Below, one piece after another: positions 13,401 through 25,565 of a stretch of DNA of 64,000 nt. This DNA comes from Elephas maximus (lineage: Eukaryota): positions 46,567,680 through 46,631,679 of the forward strand of contig NC_064841.1 in the NCBI RefSeq assembly GCF_024166365.1. Direction: 5' to 3'. Positions within the stretch are counted from its first letter, which is position 1; every line of letters starts with the position of its first letter. A program made the position numbers and the translations under genes. The notes under the pieces are model-generated. The model worked only from the letters and a program-made list of their open reading frames with translations. It had not been told where the DNA came from and did no database searches.

Positions 13401-14240
13401 AAACAGTATAGAGAACATTATAAAGAACATAGAAGAAAACCTAGATAACTGGGAGCTCCTAAAAATCAAACACTTATGCTCATCCAAAGACTTCACCAAA
13501 GGAGTAAAAAGACTACCTACAGACTGGGAAAAAGTTTTTCGCTATGACATTTCTGATCAGCGTTTGATCTCTAAAATCTACATAATACTGCAAAAACTCA
13601 ACTGCAACAAGACAAATTACCCAATTAAAAAATGGGCAAAAGATATGAATAGACAGTTCACTAACGAAGACATTCAGATTGCTAGCAGATATATGAGGAA
13701 ATGTTCACGATCATTAGCCATTAGAGAAATGCAGATCAAAACTACAATGAGATTTCATCTCACTCCAACAAGGCTGGCATTAATCCAAAAAACACAAAAA
13801 AATAAAAGGTGGAGAGGCTGTGGAGAGATTGGAACACTTCTACACTGCTGGTGGGAATGTCAAATGGTACAACCACTTTGGAAATCGATTTGGCGCTTCC
13901 TTAAAAAGCTAGAAATAGAACTACCATACGATCTAGCAATCCCACTCCTTGGAATATATCCTAGAGAAATAAGAGCCTTTACACAAGCAGATATATGCAC
14001 ACCCATGTTTACTGCAGCACTGTTTACAATAGCAAAAAGATGGAAGCAAACAAGGTGTCAATCAACGGATGAATGGTTAAATAAATTATAGTATATTCAC
14101 ACAATGGAATACTACACATCAATAAAGAACAGTGAGGAATCTGTGAAACATTTCATAACATGGAGGAACCTGGAAGGCATTATGCTGAGTGAAATTAGTC
14201 AGTTGCAAAAGGACAAATATTGCATAAGACCACTATTATA
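10417..14240 (+). pseudogene. L1-D ORF2 (endonuclease-RT-C-terminal domain), fragmented into at least 6 ORF pieces
   Basis: The ORF track gives MIALNSYLSIITLNVNGLNAAIKRQRVAEWIKKQDPSIRCLRETHLRLRD (endonuclease start), [12 protein letters not shown] (RT) and [29 protein letters not shown] (C-terminal Cys motif). Confidence 0.85.
12124..13203 (+). CDS. Longest ORF2 piece of L1-D: reverse-transcriptase core (359 aa, not a complete gene)
   Basis: [13 protein letters not shown]…[22 protein letters not shown]…FADDMILY… These are the canonical L1 RT motifs. Confidence 0.8.
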   Translation: MRRWFNIFNIRKTINVIHHINKTKEKNHMILSIDAEKAFDKVQHSFMIKTLSKIGIEGKFLNIIKGIYTKPTANTTLNGKRLKTFLLRSGTRQGCPLTPLLFNIVLEVLARTIRLDKEIKGIQIGKEEVKVSLFADDMILYTENPTESSRKLLKLIEKFSRVSGYKINIRKSVGFLYTNKKKIEEEITKSMPFTVAPKKIKYLGINLTRDVKDLYKENYSTLLQETKRDLHKWKNIPCSWIGRLNITKMSILPKAIYTFNAIPTQIPMTFFNEMEKQITNFIWKENKPRINTAFLKKKNKVGGLTLPDFRTYYTATVVKTAWYWYNNRYMDQWNTIEHPDINPSTYEQLIFDKGPKTVK

Positions 14241-15251
14241 AGAACTTGAGAAATAGTTTAAACTGAGAAGAAAACATTCTTTTGTGGTTACGAGAGGTGG
14301 GAGGGAGGGAGGGTGGGAAAGGGGCATTCACTAATTAGATAGTAGATAAGAAGTACTTTAGGTGAAGGGAAAGACAGCACACAATACAGGGGAGGTCAGC
14401 ACAATTGGACTAAACCAAAAGCAAAGAAGTTTCCTGAATAAACTGAATGCTTCGAAAGCCAGCGTAGCAGGGGCAGGGGTCTGGGGACCATGGTTTCAGG
14501 GGACATCTAAGTCAATTGGCATAATAAAATCTATTAACAAAACATTCTGCATCCCACTTTGAGGAGTGGCATCTGGGGTCTTAAATGCTAGCAAGCAGCC
14601 ATCTAAGATGCATCAATTGGTCTCAACCCACCTGGATCAAAGGAGAATGAAGAACACCAAGGACACAAGGCAATTACGAGTCAAAGAGACCAAAAGGGCC
14701 ACATGAACCAGCGACTACATCATCTTGAGACTAGAAGAACTAGATGGTGCCCAGCTACAACTGATGGCTGCCCTGACAGGGAACACAACAGAGCACCCCT
14801 GAGTGAGCAGCAGAGCAGTGGGATGCAAACCCCAAATTCTCATAAGACCAGACTTAATGGTCTGACTGAGACTGGAAGGACCCTGGTAGTCATGGCCCCC
14901 AAACCTTCTATTTCCCCAGGACAGGAACCATTCCCGAAGCCAACTCTTCAGACGTGGATTGGACTGGACAATGGGTTAGAGAGGAATGCTGGTGAGGAGC
15001 GAGCTTCTCGAATCAGGTGGACACTTGAGACTATACTGGCATCTCCTGCCTGGAGGGGAGATGAGAGGGTGGAGGGGGTTAGAAGCTGGTGAAAAGGACA
15101 TGAAAAGATAGAGTGGAGGGAGAGACCAGGCTGTCTCATTAGTGGGAGAGTAATTGGGAGTGTTTAGCAAGGTGTATATGGGTTTTTGTGTGAGAGACTG
15201 ACTTGATTTGTAAACTTTCATTTAGAACACAATAAAAATTATTTAAAAAAG

Positions 15252-18200
15252 AAGAATAAGCGAAAGAACACAGAGATAAAGCAGTTGAAAAAATTAAAAT
15301 GGTTATTCAAGAACATAATGAAAAGTTTAATGAGCTCCAAGAATCCATAAACAGCAATCAGAAATTCAAAAGATGAGCAAAGTACAGAACTAGAAACAAT
15401 AGAAAGTCAGAGAAGCAGACTTGAGGAACTGGAAGGCAGAATTAGTGAGATGTAAGAAAAAACACTTGGCACCACTATATGCAAAGAAAACTCTAAAATA
15501 AGAATTTAAAAATTTGAAGAAACCCTAAGAATCATGTGGGACTCTATCAAGTGAAATAACCGACAAATGATTGGATTACCAGAACAAGGAGGGGTAACGG
15601 AAAATAAAGAGTGAAGTGTTGAAGACTTGCTGGCAGAAAACTTCCTTTATATCCTGGAAGATGAAAAGATATCTATGCAAGATGCTCATCGAACTCCCCA
15701 TAAGGTATATCTCAAAAGAAAGTCATCAAGACATAACCAAACTTGCCAAATCCAAAGATAAACAGAGAATTTTGAGAGAGGCTAGTGATAAATAAAAAGT
15801 CACCTATGAAGGAGAGTCAGTAAGAATAAGCTCGGACTACTCAGCAAAAACCATGCAGGCGGGAAGACAATGGGATGACTTATATAAGGCATTATATGAA
15901 AAAAATTGCTAGCCAAGAATTATACATCCAGCAAAACTGTCTGTCAAATATGAAAGCAAAATTAGCACATTTCCAGATGAACAGAAGTTTAGGGGATATG
16001 TAAAAACCAAACCAAAATCATAGAGAAATACTAAAGGAAGTTCTCTGGTTAGAAAATCAGTAATATCAGATATTAACCCAAGAAAAGAACACAGGACAGA
16101 GCAACGAGATGCCGTCAACCCAGACAGGGAAATCACAAAATAAATCAAGATAAAAAATCTCTCAAAGCAGGGAAACAGCGATGCCAATATGTAAAAGAAT
16201 ACAACATTGAAACAATAAAGAGGGACTGAGAAATGTAGTCATACATCTTTCAGATGGAGAGGAAGACAAGGTGATATAAAGCTATAAATGTTAGGTTTAA
16301 ACTTAGAAAAATAGGGGTAAATATTAAGGATAACCACAAAGGAGACTAACGAAACTAGTAATCAAAATAAAATACAAGAAAAAAATAAACACTACGCAGA
16401 AACAAAATCAATAACAATGAATAAGAGGAAAAAACAATATATAAAGATAAACCACTCTGCACAAAAAATTAAGGGGGAAAAAGAAACTATCAACAACATG
16501 CAAAAAAAGACATCAAGGTGACAGCAATAAACTCATACCTGTCCATAATAACCCCAAATATAAATGGACTAAATGTACCAATAAAGAGACAGAGTACCAG
16601 AATGGATAAAAATACGCGATCCTGGAAGGCATTATGCTGAGCGAAATGAGTCAGAGGCAAAAGGACAAATATTGTATAAGACCACTATTATAAGATCTTG
16701 AGAAATAGTAAACCTGAGAAGAACACATACTTTTGTGGTTACGAGGGGGGGAGGGAGGGAGGGTGGGAGAGGGTTTTTTATTGATTAATCAGTAGATAAG
16801 AACTGCTTTAGGTGAAGGGAAAGACAACACTCAATACATGGAAGGTCAGCTCAATTGGACTGGACCAAAAGCAAAGAAGTTTCCGGGATAAAATGAATGC
16901 TTCAAAGCTCAGCGGAGCAAGCGCGGGGGTCTGGGGAACATGGTTTGCGGGGACTTCTAAGTCAATTGGCAAAATAATTCTACTATGAAATCATTCTGCA
17001 TCCCACTTTGAAATGTGGCGTCTGGGGTCTTAAATGCTAACAAGCAGCCATCTAAGATGCAGCAATTGGTCTCAACCCACCTGGAGCAAAGGAAAATGAA
17101 GAACACCAAGCCCACATGACAACTAAGAGCCCAAGAGACAGAAAGGGCCACATGAACCAGAGACCTACATCATCCTGAGACCAGAAGAACTAGTTGGTGC
17201 CCGGCCACAATCGATGACTGCCCTGACAGGGAGCTCAGCAGAGGACCCCTGAGGGAGCAGGAGATCAGTGGGATGCAGACCCCAAATTCTCATAAAAAGA
17301 CCAAACTTAATGGTCTGACTGAGACTGGAGGAATCCCGGCGGTCATGCTCTCCAGACCTTCTGTTGACACAGGACAGGAACCATCCCTGAAGACAACTCA
17401 TCAGACATGAAAGGGACTGGTCAGCGGGTGGGAGAGAGACGCTGATGAAGAGTGAGCTAATTATATCAGGTGTACACTTGAGACTGTGTTGGCAACTCTT
17501 GTCTGGAGGGGGGTGGGAGGATAGAGAGAGAGGGAAGCCGGCAAAATTGTCAAGAAAGGAGAGACTGAAAGGGCTGACTCAAGACGGGGAGAGTAAGTGG
17601 GAGTAGGGAGTGAGATGTATGTAAACTTATATGTGACAGACTGATTGGATTTGTAAACGTTCACTTGAAGCTTAATAAAAATTATTATAAAAAAAAAAAT
17701 ACACGATCCATTTATATGCTGCCTACAAGAGACACACCTTAGACTTAGAGACAAACTAAAACACAAATGATTGAAAAAATATATCAACCAAGTAACAACC
17801 AAAAAAGAGCAGAAGTGGCAATATTAATTTCTGACAAAATAGATGTTAAAGTTAAATCCACCATAAAGGATGAGGAAGGACACTATATACTGATTAAAGG
17901 GACAATGTACCAGGAGGATACAACTACATTAAATATTTATGCATCCAATGACAGGGCTACAAGATACATAAAACAAACTCTAACAGCACTGAAAAATGAG
18001 ATAGACAGCTCCAGAATTATAGCAGGAGACATCAACACACCATTTTGGTGGAGGACAAACCATCCAGACAGAAGCTCAATAAAGACATGGATGATCTAAA
18101 TGCCACGATGAGCCAACTTCACCACAGAGACATCTATAGAACACTCCACCCAACGGTAGCCAAGTATACTTTCCTTTCTAGTGCACATAGAACACTCTCT

Positions 18201-21200
18201 ACAATACACCACATATTAGGTCATAAAGCAAGCCTTAGCAAAATCCAAAACATCAAAAATATTACAAAGCATCTTCTCTGACTATAAGGCCATAAAGCAG
18301 AAATCAATAACAGAAAAATGAGGGAAAACAAATCAAACACTTGGAAACTGAACAAGAGCCTGCTCAAAAATGATTGGCTTCTATATGACATTAAGGATGG
18401 AACAAAGAAATTCATAGAATCCAATGAGAATGAAAACATTTCCTACCAGAACCTTTGGGACACAGAGAAAGCAGTGCTCAGAGGTCAATTTATATCAATA
18501 AATGCACACATACAAAAAGAAGAAAGGGCCAAAATCAAAGATTTATCTGTACAACTTGAACAAATACAAAGAGAGCAACAAAGGAACCCCGCAAGCATCA
18601 TAAGAAAGCAAATAATAAAAATTTCAGCAGAATTAAATGTAATAGAGAACAGAAAAACAACTGAAAGAGTTAACAAGACCAAAAGCTGCTTCTTGAAAAA
18701 CTTAACAAAGTCAATAAGCCAATGGCCAAAAGAAAAACAGGAGAGGAAGCAAATAACACGAATAAGAAGTGAGATGGGCAATATCACAACAGACCCAACT
18801 GAAAATAAAAGAATCATAATAGATTACTACGAAAAATTGTATGCTAATAAATTTGAAATCCTAGAAGAAATGGATAAATTTTTAGAAACACACTACCTAT
18901 CTAAACTAACACAAACACAGGCAGAAAAATTAATAAACCCATAACAAAAGAAGAGCTTGAAAAGGTAATCAAAAAAATTCCCAACAAAAAAAAAACCCTG
19001 GCCGGAACAGCTTCACTGGAGAGTTCTACCAAATTGTCAGGGAAAACTTAACACTACTACTAAAGGTATTTCAGAGCACAAAAAATGATGGAACACTCCC
19101 TAACTCATTCTGTGAAGCCCTCATATCCCTGATACCAAAACCGGGTAAAGATACTACAAAAAAAAAGAAAATTATACACCTATATCCCTCATGAACTTAG
19201 ATGCAAAAATCCTCAACAAAATTCTAACAAATAGAATTCAACAACATATCAAAAAAATAATTCACCGTGACCAAGTGGTAATACAAGGTATGGAGGGATG
19301 GTTCAACATTAGAAAAACAATGAATGTAATCCATCATATAAATCAAACAGAAGACAAGAACCACATGATCTTATTAATTGATGCAGAAAAGGCATTTGAC
19401 AAAGATCAACACCCATTCATTATAAAAACTCTCAGCAAAATAGGAATAGGAGGAAAATTCCCAAGCATTTATACTAAGCCAACAGCCAACATCATCCTAA
19501 ACAGAGAGAGTCTGAAAGCATTCCCCTTGAGATCGGGAACCGGACAAGGATGTCCTTTATCACCACTCTTATTCAACATTGTGCTGGAAGTCCTACCCAG
19601 AGCAATTAGGCTAGATAAAAAAATAAAGGGCATCCAGATTGGTAAGGAAAAACTAAAAGTATCTCTATTTCCAGATAACATGATCTTATACACAGAAAAC
19701 CCTAAGGAATCCACAAGGAAACTACTGAAACCAATAGAAGAGTTCAGCAGTGCATCTGGATACAAAATAAACATACAAAAATCACGTGGATTCCTCTAGA
19801 CCAACAAAAAGAACATCAAAAAGGAAATCACCGAATAAATACCATTTCCAGTAGCCCCAAGAAGATAAAACAGAAATAAATCTTACCAGAGACATAAAAG
19901 ACCTATACAAAGAAAACCACATGATGCTACAGCAAGAAACCAAAAGAGACCTACATAAGTGGAAAAACATACCTTGCTCATGGATAGGAAGACTTAACAT
20001 TGTAAAAATGTCTATTCTACCAAAAGCGATCCACAGATACAATGCAATTCCTATCCAAATTCCAATGACATTTTTTACTGAGATGGAGAAACAAATCACT
20101 AACTTCATATGGAAGGGAAAGAGGCCCCAGATAAGCAAAGCATTACTGAAAGAGAAGAACAAAGTAGGAGGCCTCCAACTATCTGATTTCAGAACATATT
20201 ATATTTTCACAGTACTCAAAACAGGCTGGTACTGGTACAACAACAGATACATACACCAATGGAACAGAATTGATAATCCAGATATAAATCCATCCACATA
20301 TGAGCAGCTAATATTTGACAAAGGCCCAAAGTCAGTTAAATAAGAAAAAGACAGTCTCTTTAGCAAATGGTGCTGGCATAACTGGATATCCATCTGCAAA
20401 AAAATGAAACAAGACCCACACCTCACACCATGCACAAAAAACAAACTCAAAATGGATCAAAGACCTAACTATAAAATTTAAAATGCTAAAGATTATGGAA
20501 GAAAAAATAGGGACAATGCTATGAGCCCTAATACATGTCAAAAACAGTATACAAAACATTACTAACAATGCAGAAGTAAAACTAGATAACTGAGAGCTCC
20601 TAAAAATCGAACACCTATGCTTATCCAAAGCATTCACCAAAAGAGTAAAAAGATTACCTACAGACCGGGAAAAAAATTTTAGCTATGACATTTCTGATGA
20701 GCATCTGATCTCTAAAATCTACATGATACTGCAAAAACTCAACTACAAAAAGATAAATAACCCAATTGAAAAATGGTCAAAGGATATGAACAGGCACGTC
20801 ACCAAAGAAGACATTCAGACAGCTAACAGATACATGAGGAAATGCTCAGGACCATTAGCCATTAGAGGAATGCAAATGACCACCCCAACAAGGCAGGCAT
20901 TAATCCAAAAAACACAAAATAATAAATATCGGAGAGGTTATGGAGAGACTGGAACACTTAAAAACTGCTGGTAGGAATGTAAAATGGTATAACCACTTTG
21001 GAAATCCATTTGACGCTTCCTTAAAAAGCTACCACATGATCCAGCAATCCCACCCCTTGGAATATATCCTAGAGATATAAGAGCCTTCACACAAACAGGT
21101 ATATGCACACCCATGTTCATTGCAGCACTGTTTACAACAGCAAAAAGATGGAAGCAACCAAGGTACCCATGAACGGATATATGGATAAATAAATTATGGT

Positions 21201-22347
21201 ATATTCACACAATGGAATACTACACACACATCGATAAAGAACAATGATAAATTCATGAAACATTTCATAACATGGAGGAATCTGGACGGCATTTCGCTTA
21301 GTGAAATCAGTCAGTTACAAAAGGACAAATATTTTATAAGACCACTATTATAAGAACTTGAAAAATAGTTTAAACTGAAAAGAAAATATTCTTTGATGCT
21401 TAAGAGAGTGGGGATGGAGGGAGACGAGTATTCACTAATTAGGTAGCAGATAAGAACTATTTTAGGTGAAAGGAAAGACAAAGCGCAATACAAGAGAGGT
21501 CAGCACAACTGGACTAAACCAAAAGCAAAGACGTTTCCTAAATATACTGTACGCTTCGAAGGCCAGCATAGCAGGGGTGGGATTTGGGGACCATGGTTTC
21601 AGGGTACATCTAAGTCAACTGGCATAATAAAATCTATTAAGAAAACATTCTGCATCCCACTTTGGAGAGTGGCGTCTGGGGTCTTAAATGCTAGTAAGTG
21701 GCCATCTAAGATGTATCAACTGGTCTCAACCCACCTGGAGCAAAGGAGAACAAAAACACCAGGTAATTATCAGCCCAAGAGACAGAAAAGGCCACATAAG
21801 CCAGAGACTACATCACCAGAGACCAAAACACCTAGATGGTGCTCAGCTACAGCCAATGTGCTCTGACGGGGAACACAACAGAGAACCCCTGAGGGAGCAG
21901 GAGAGCAGTGGGATGCAGACCTCCAATTCTTGTAACAAGACCAGACTTAATGGTCAGACTGGGACTGGAGGGACCCCAGAGGCCATGGTCCCCAAGCCTT
22001 CTGTTAGCCCAAGACAGGAACAATTCCCAAAGCAAACTGTTTAGACAAGGACTGGACGGGAATAGGGGACAGAAAATTATACTGGTGAAGGACGAGCTTC
22101 TTGGATCAAGCGGACACAAGACTATGTTGACATCTCCTGTCTGGAGCAGGGATGAGATGTAAAGAGGGGGGCAGAATCTACCTGAATGGACATGAGGAGA
22201 GAGAGCGGAGAGAAGAACTGTGCTGTCTCATTGGAGGGAAAGCAATTAGGAGTGTATGGCAAGTTGTATGTAAATTTTTGCATGAGAGACTGACCAGATT
22301 TGGACACTTTCACTTAAAGTAAAATAAAAATTAATTTAAAAAAAAAT
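15252..22347 (+). mobile_element. 3' segment of L1-E: remainder of ORF1, ORF2, 3'UTR and poly(A) at 22335-22347, with L1-f nested inside
   Basis: Begins aagaataagcgaaagaacacagagataaagcag, which is ORF1 codon ~55. ORF1 and ORF2 are collinear with L1-D and heavily disrupted. The 3'UTR subfamily differs from the young copies. Confidence 0.8.
16623..17699 (+). mobile_element. 5'-truncated young L1 3' end (L1-f: ~1.07 kb, 3'UTR plus poly(A)) inserted into the L1-E ORF2 endonuclease region. 15-bp TSD AAAAATAC(G/A)CGATCC at 16608-16622 and 17695-17709.
   Basis: L1-E ORF2 reads …QSTRMDKNTRS | …insert… | IHLYAAYKRHTLDLETN, continuous across the insert. The insert is about 95% identical to L1-c and L1-I 3'UTRs. 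Confidence 0.9.
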
Positions 22348-23009
22348 GCTAGATGCATCTAGATGCATCCATTGGTCTCAACCCACCTGAAGCAAAGGAG
22401 AACAAAGAACACCAAAGACATAAGGTAATTATCAGCCCAAGATACAGACAGGGCCACATAAACCATGGACTATATCAGCCTGAGACCAAAAGAACAAGAT
22501 GGTACCTGGCTACAACTGATGACTGCCTTGAGAGGGAACACAACAGAGAACCCCTGAGGCAGCAAGAGAGCAGCAGGATGCAGACCTCAAATTCTTGTAA
22601 AAAGACCAGATTTAATGGTCCGACTGAGGCGAGAAGCACCGCAGAGGTCATGGTCCTCAGACCTTCTGTTAGCCCAAGACAGAAACCATTCCCAAAGCCA
22701 ACTTTTCAGACAGGGATTGGACTGGACTATGGAATAGAAAATGATACTGGTGAAGAATGAGGTCCTTGGATCAAGCAGACACATAAGACTATGTGGGCAG
22801 CTCCTATCTGGAGAAGAGATGAGAGGGCAGAGGGGGGCAGAAGCTTGCCAAATGGACATGGAAATAGAGAGTGGAGAGAAAGAGTGTGCTGTCTCATTAG
22901 AGGGAGAGCAACTAGGAGTATACGGCAAGGTGTATATAAGTTTTTGTATGTGAGACTGACTTGGTTTGTAAACTTTCACTAAAAGCACAATAAAAATTTT
23001 TTTAAAAAG
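22348..23009 (+). mobile_element. L1 3'UTR fragment (L1-g) ending aataaaaatttttttaaaaag
   Basis: Collinear with the L1-E and L1-h 3'UTRs from ...gctag(c)...atgcatccattggtctcaaccc to the terminus. Confidence 0.75.
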
Positions 23010-24643
23010 ACAAAAAACCCATCTAAAAATGGGCAAAGGATATGAACAGACAATTCACCAAAGAAGACATTCAGACAGCTAACAGATACGTGAGGAAATG
23101 CTCAGGATCATTAGCCATCAGGGAAATGCAAATCGAAACCACAATGAGATTTCATCTCACTCCAACAAGGCTGGCATTAATCCAGAAAACACAAAATAAT
23201 AAATGTTGGAGAGGTTGAGGATAGACTGGAACACTTATACACTGTTGGTGGTAATGCAAAATGGTACAACCACTTTGGAAATTGATTTGGCCCTTCCTTA
23301 AAAAGCTAGAAATAGAACTACCATACGATCCAGCAACCCCACTCCTTGGAATATCTCCTAGGGAAATAAGAGCCTTTACACAAACAGATAAATGCACACC
23401 TATGTTCATCGCAGCACTGTTTACAATAGCAAAAAGATGGAAGCAACCTAGGTGCCCATCAACAAATGAATGGATACATAAATTATGGTACATTCACACA
23501 ATGGAATACTACACATTGATAAAGAACAATGATGAATCCGTGAAACATTTCACAGCACAGAGGAATATGGAAGGCATTATGCCAAGTGAAATCAGTCAGT
23601 TGCAAAAGGACAAATATTGTATAAGAGCAGTGTTACAAGAACTCAAGAAATAGTTTAAACAGAGAGGAAAATACTTTTTGGTGGTTACGATAGCGTGGAG
23701 GGGAATTCATTAATTAGTTAAACAAGAACTATTTCAGGTGAAGGGAAGACAACACACAATACAGGAGAGGTCAGCACAACTGGACTAAACCAAAAGCAAA
23801 GAAGTTTCCTAAATATACTGAACGCTTCAAAGGCCAGCATAATGGGGTGGGGATTTGGGAAACATGGTTTCAGGGGGCATCTAGGTCAACCGGGATACTA
23901 AAGTATATTAAGAAAACATTCTGCATTCCACTTTGGAGAGTGGCATCTGGGGTCTTAAATGCTAGCAAGCGGCCATCTAAGATGTATCAATTGGTTTCAA
24001 CCCATCTAGAGCAAAGGAGAATGAAGAACACCAAAGATACAAGGTAATTATCAGCCCAAGAGACAGAAAGGGCCACATGAACCAGAGACTACATTAGCCT
24101 GAAACCAGAAGAACTATATGGTACCCGGCTACAACCAACGACTGCCTTGACAGGGAACACAACAGAGAATCCCTGATGGAGCAGGAGAGCAGCAGAATGC
24201 AGACCTAAAATTCTCATAAGAAGACCAGAATTAATGGTCTGACTGAGACTAGAAGGACCCCGGAGGTCATGGTCCCCAGTCCTTCTGTTAGCCCAATACA
24301 GGAACCATTCCCAAAGCCAACTCTCAGGCAGGGATTAGACTGGACTACGGGATAGAAAATGATACTGGTGAGGAGTGAGCTTCTTGGATCAAGTAGACTC
24401 ACGAGACTATGTGGGCAGCTCCTGTCTGGAGGGGAGATAGGAGGGCAGAGGGAGTCAGGAGCTGGCTGAATGGGCACGAAAATAGAGAGTGGAGAGAAGG
24501 AGTGTGCTGTCTCATTGGGGGAAGAACAACTAAAAAAAATAATATAAAACCAAAACCCAGAGTATATAGCAAGGTGCATTTAAATTTTTGTGTGAGAGAC
24601 TGACTTGATTTGTAAACTTTCACTTAAAGCACACAAAAAAAAA
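23010..24643 (+). mobile_element. 5'-truncated L1 (L1-h): ORF2 C-terminal part, 3'UTR and A9 tail
   Basis: Starts at ORF2 ...[21 protein letters not shown] (disrupted). The 3'UTR ends ...cacttaaagcacacaaaaaaaaa. Confidence 0.8.
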
Positions 24644-25565
24644 GTTTGTGAGCAGCCATCTAAGAAATATCTACTGGTCCCATACCGTCCAGAGCAAAAG
24701 GCAATGAAGAAAATCAAAGACAGAAGGGAAAGACTAGTCCAAAGGACTAATGGACCACAACTACCACAGACTCCACCAGCCTGAGCCTAGAATAACTAGA
24801 TACAGTGGCAGCTCCAACAGGGATCACAATAAAGGGTCCCTGACAGAGTAGAAGAAAATGCAGAACAAAATCAAAATTCACAAAAAGACCAGACGTACTG
24901 GTCTGACACATACTGGAGGAACCCCTGAGACTATGGCCCCCAGATACCCTGATAACTCAGAGCTGAAGCCACTCTTGAAGTTCATCCTTCAGCCAAAGAT
25001 TAGACAGGTCTATAAAACAAACAATAACATACACGAGGAATGTGCTTCTTAGTTCAATCACGTATACCAAACCAAATGGACAACACTCACCCAAAAGCAA
25101 TGAGAAGGCAGGAAAGGACAGGAAGAATGGAGGGACGGAAACAGGGAACCCAGGGTGGGGAAAGGGACAGTGTTAACACATCACAGGGTTTGCAACCAAA
25201 GTCACAAAACTGTGACCAAGTGCAAACCCTAGGTTCTGCTTGACATAACTCATATTGGCCAATAAATGAGAGACCGAGGTGGGAAGATACAAAAGGCAAC
25301 TTTATTTTGTTTTGCAAGGAAAGGAGTCAGTCAGAGCTGCTGCTGCCACCAAGGTTGCTCCCTGAGGGCAAGGTGAAATGTTACTTTTAAGGGTTCATAA
25401 GTAGGGAGTTCATACATGTTAGTAACATTCTTAATCATACTACACAGATGCTAGATTTTTGAGGTAAGCAAAGGAACCAGGATTATAATGCAGAATTGTG
25501 GGGGAGGAAGCCAAGCAAGCTGCAGGGGAATTTTCTGCATTCTGGGAACTTCTGTATTATTGCCT
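24644..25565 (+). mobile_element. Older-subfamily L1 3'UTR fragment (3' end diverged or truncated)
   Basis: Its first ~550 bp are collinear with L1 3'UTRs (gccatctaag...ggtctgac...ggaacccctgag...). The last 370 bp match the fragment at 32215-32570, which ends in an L1-type terminus with poly(A). Confidence 0.55.

Larger units (their letters stand above)
7644..15251 (+). mobile_element. Full-length L1 (L1-D, ~7.6 kb) inserted into ORF1 of L1-E and flanked by the TSD AAGAATAAGC (7634-7643 / 15252-15261). Layout: 5'UTR 7644-8929, ORF1 8930-9945, spacer, ORF2 10417-~14240, 3'UTR ~14241-15235, A-rich tail.
   Basis: Starts with aggaggcagacccaagatggcgg, the same 5' terminus as L1-E. The ORF1 ATG at 8930 is followed by a stop 33 codons later. 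ORF2 holds the endonuclease, RT (FADDMILY intact) and C-terminal domains, interrupted at least 5 times. It ends ...aacacaataaaaattatttaaaaaag. Confidence 0.8.

Noticed and set aside
22348-22375. Small palindromic or duplicated motif tgctagatgcatctagatgcatcc at the start of L1-g, as a possible TSD or hairpin
   Set aside because: It can be explained as local slippage or duplication of tagatgcatc within the L1 3'UTR (consensus …gctagcaagcggccatctaagatgcatc…). No matching partner sequence exists at the other end of any element.
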